NCBI RefSeq assembly: GCF_022701215.1
Contig: NZ_CP089976.1
Span: 990,001 to 1,022,000 of the forward strand
Direction: 5' to 3'
Origin: Moraxella nasovis
Lineage (GTDB): Bacteria > Pseudomonadota > Gammaproteobacteria > Pseudomonadales > Moraxellaceae
DNA length: 32,000 nt
Position numbers and translations under genes: made by a program. The notes below the pieces were generated by a model. That model did no database searches and was not told the origin of the DNA. It saw only the letters and a program-made list of their open reading frames with translations. Shown here one piece after another: positions 30,902-32,000 of the stretch (positions are counted from its first letter, which is position 1; each line of letters begins with the position of its first letter).

Positions 30902-31153
30902 TTATCCACAGATTTGTATTGCATAATCAAACACGCCAAAACCGCCATAAAAACATGAATAACATCTGTGGATAACTTAAATTTTAGAACGCATGTTAGA
31001 CGGCTGATGATGATATTAGGTTGCTAAGCCTTTTATTATCAAAGGCTTAGAATAAACTAAGAATATTTTTAGTTTCACGTGAAACAAATTTTGATTGTGG
31101 ATAAGTTTTAAACATTATTGATGGTTACCGTGTGTATAATTAAGTTATCCACA
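30902..31153. promoter_or_regulatory. cluster of four perfect DnaA boxes in the ribD-ribE spacer
   Basis: TTATCCACA at 30902-30910 (forward), 30967-30975 (reverse), 31096-31104 (reverse) and 31145-31153 (forward). An AT-rich tract at 31261-31330, about 11% GC by hand count, follows. Confidence 0.8.
31072..31085. repeat. 14-bp palindrome copy, perfect (GTTTCACGTGAAAC)
   Basis: Intergenic, inside the ribD-ribE DnaA-box cluster. Confidence 0.9.
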
Positions 31154-31344
31154 GCATAACTTTTTAATTATCCTGATTGGTGGCTTGATGTGTATGTGAG
31201 AGTGTTAATGGTTGTGAAGACTGTTTGTTTTGACTATCATAAAATATCAATTAACCGAATGATTGATTTTTTAAATTAATAATAATCTTTAATAACAGCA
31301 TTAGTATGTATTAATAATTTAAAAAATTAAACAATGGGTAAATT

Positions 31345-32000
31345 ATGTTTACAGGCATCATAGAAACCACAGGCACGCTCACCGCCATCATCCCCACAGG
31401 TGGAGATGTGCGATTGGTCATATCTGCCCCCAAGCTTGATTTTACTGATGTGAAATTGGGTGATTCTATTGCGTCCAACGGCATCTGCTTGACGGTGGTT
31501 GCCATAGATGGGACAAGTTATGCAGTAGATGTTTCATGTGAAACTTTATCTACCACCGCTTTGGGGGTGTGGCGAGTGGGCGATACGCTCAATCTAGAAA
31601 AGGCAATGCTTCCTACCACTCGTTTTGGCGGTCATATTGTCGCAGGTCATGTGGACGGCGTGGGTAAAATCGCCAAAATCGCCAAGGACGCACGTTCGGT
31701 ATATATAGAAGTGGTGTTGCCGCCAGAGATTATGAAATACACCGCTGACAAAGGCTCTATCACTGTGGACGGCATTTCTCTTACGACCAACCGCATTAAG
31801 CACAACCAAAACATCGTCTGCCTAAATATCATACCGCATACCGCCGATATGACCAACATCGCCAAGCATTGGGCGGTGGGTCGTGCGGTCAATATAGAGG
31901 TGGATTTGGTGGCACGCTATTTGGAGCGACTTGTTTTTGGGAGAAAAGAGTGTGAAGCAAAGACAAGTAACATCACCGAAGAGTTGTTGATAAAAAGCGG
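31345..32000 (+). CDS. ribE: riboflavin synthase (alpha chain); 3' end at or beyond the window edge
   Basis: My own translation from ATG 31345: MFTGIIETTGTLTAI...LGDSIASNGICLTV...GHIVAGHVDGVGKI...GSITVDGISLTTN. It shows the two lumazine-binding repeats. No stop occurs before nt 32000, so it is absent from the ORF track. Confidence 0.9.
   Translation, partial: MFTGIIETTGTLTAIIPTGGDVRLVISAPKLDFTDVKLGDSIASNGICLTVVAIDGTSYAVDVSCETLSTTALGVWRVGDTLNLEKAMLPTTRFGGHIVAGHVDGVGKIAKIAKDARSVYIEVVLPPEIMKYTADKGSITVDGISLTTNRIKHNQNIVCLNIIPHTADMTNIAKHWAVGRAVNIEVDLVARYLERLVFGRKECEAKTSNITEELLIKS
31531..31544. repeat. 14-bp palindrome copy, central variant (GTTTCATGTGAAAC)
   Basis: Lies inside ribE, where it is translated as VSCET. 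Confidence 0.8.

Noticed and set aside
31160-31344. Possible FMN (RFN) riboswitch upstream of ribE
   Set aside because: I could not find the conserved RFN core segments. The region is mostly AT-rich with no matching helices.

Overview
This window looks like the replication-origin neighbourhood of a gammaproteobacterial chromosome. It is probably Moraxellaceae-like, but that is inferred only from protein sequences, gene order and roughly 40-45% GC, with no database check. Gene orientation switches at about 24.6-25.1 kb. To the left, on the minus strand, lie dnaA-dnaN-recF-gyrB and guaA. To the right, on the plus strand, lie rpmH-rnpA-yidD-yidC, mnmE, nrdR-ribD and ribE. The dnaA-rpmH spacer has DnaA boxes and a very AT-rich block, so it is the candidate oriC. 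Further left are housekeeping genes: fabF (partial), hisB-hisH, def, a hotdog thioesterase, an ABC exporter, thiC with a TPP riboswitch, and dadA plus a RidA-family gene. The main accessory feature is a ~6 kb island (about 10.37-16.37 kb) between the RidA-family gene and guaA. It carries a four-gene, translationally coupled minus-strand operon: a 229-aa methyltransferase-like protein lacking the NPPY motif, a 511-aa NPPY adenine methyltransferase, an unknown ~226-aa gene split by a frameshift at an A7 tract, and an 835-aa fusion of a T5orf172/GIY-YIG-like domain with an SF2 helicase. A perfect 19-copy 8-nt tandem repeat lies upstream of the operon, and an AT-rich block inside it suggests cassette swapping. 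The layout fits none of the classical R-M types I know, so it is my best candidate for an undescribed or poorly described defence system, possibly phase-variable. Two other signals stand out: a 14-bp palindrome, GTTTCACGTGAAAC, far too frequent for chance and found both in genes and in spacers, and a second cluster of four perfect DnaA boxes between ribD and ribE. All calls come from reading the sequence and ORF translations by eye; no searches were run.
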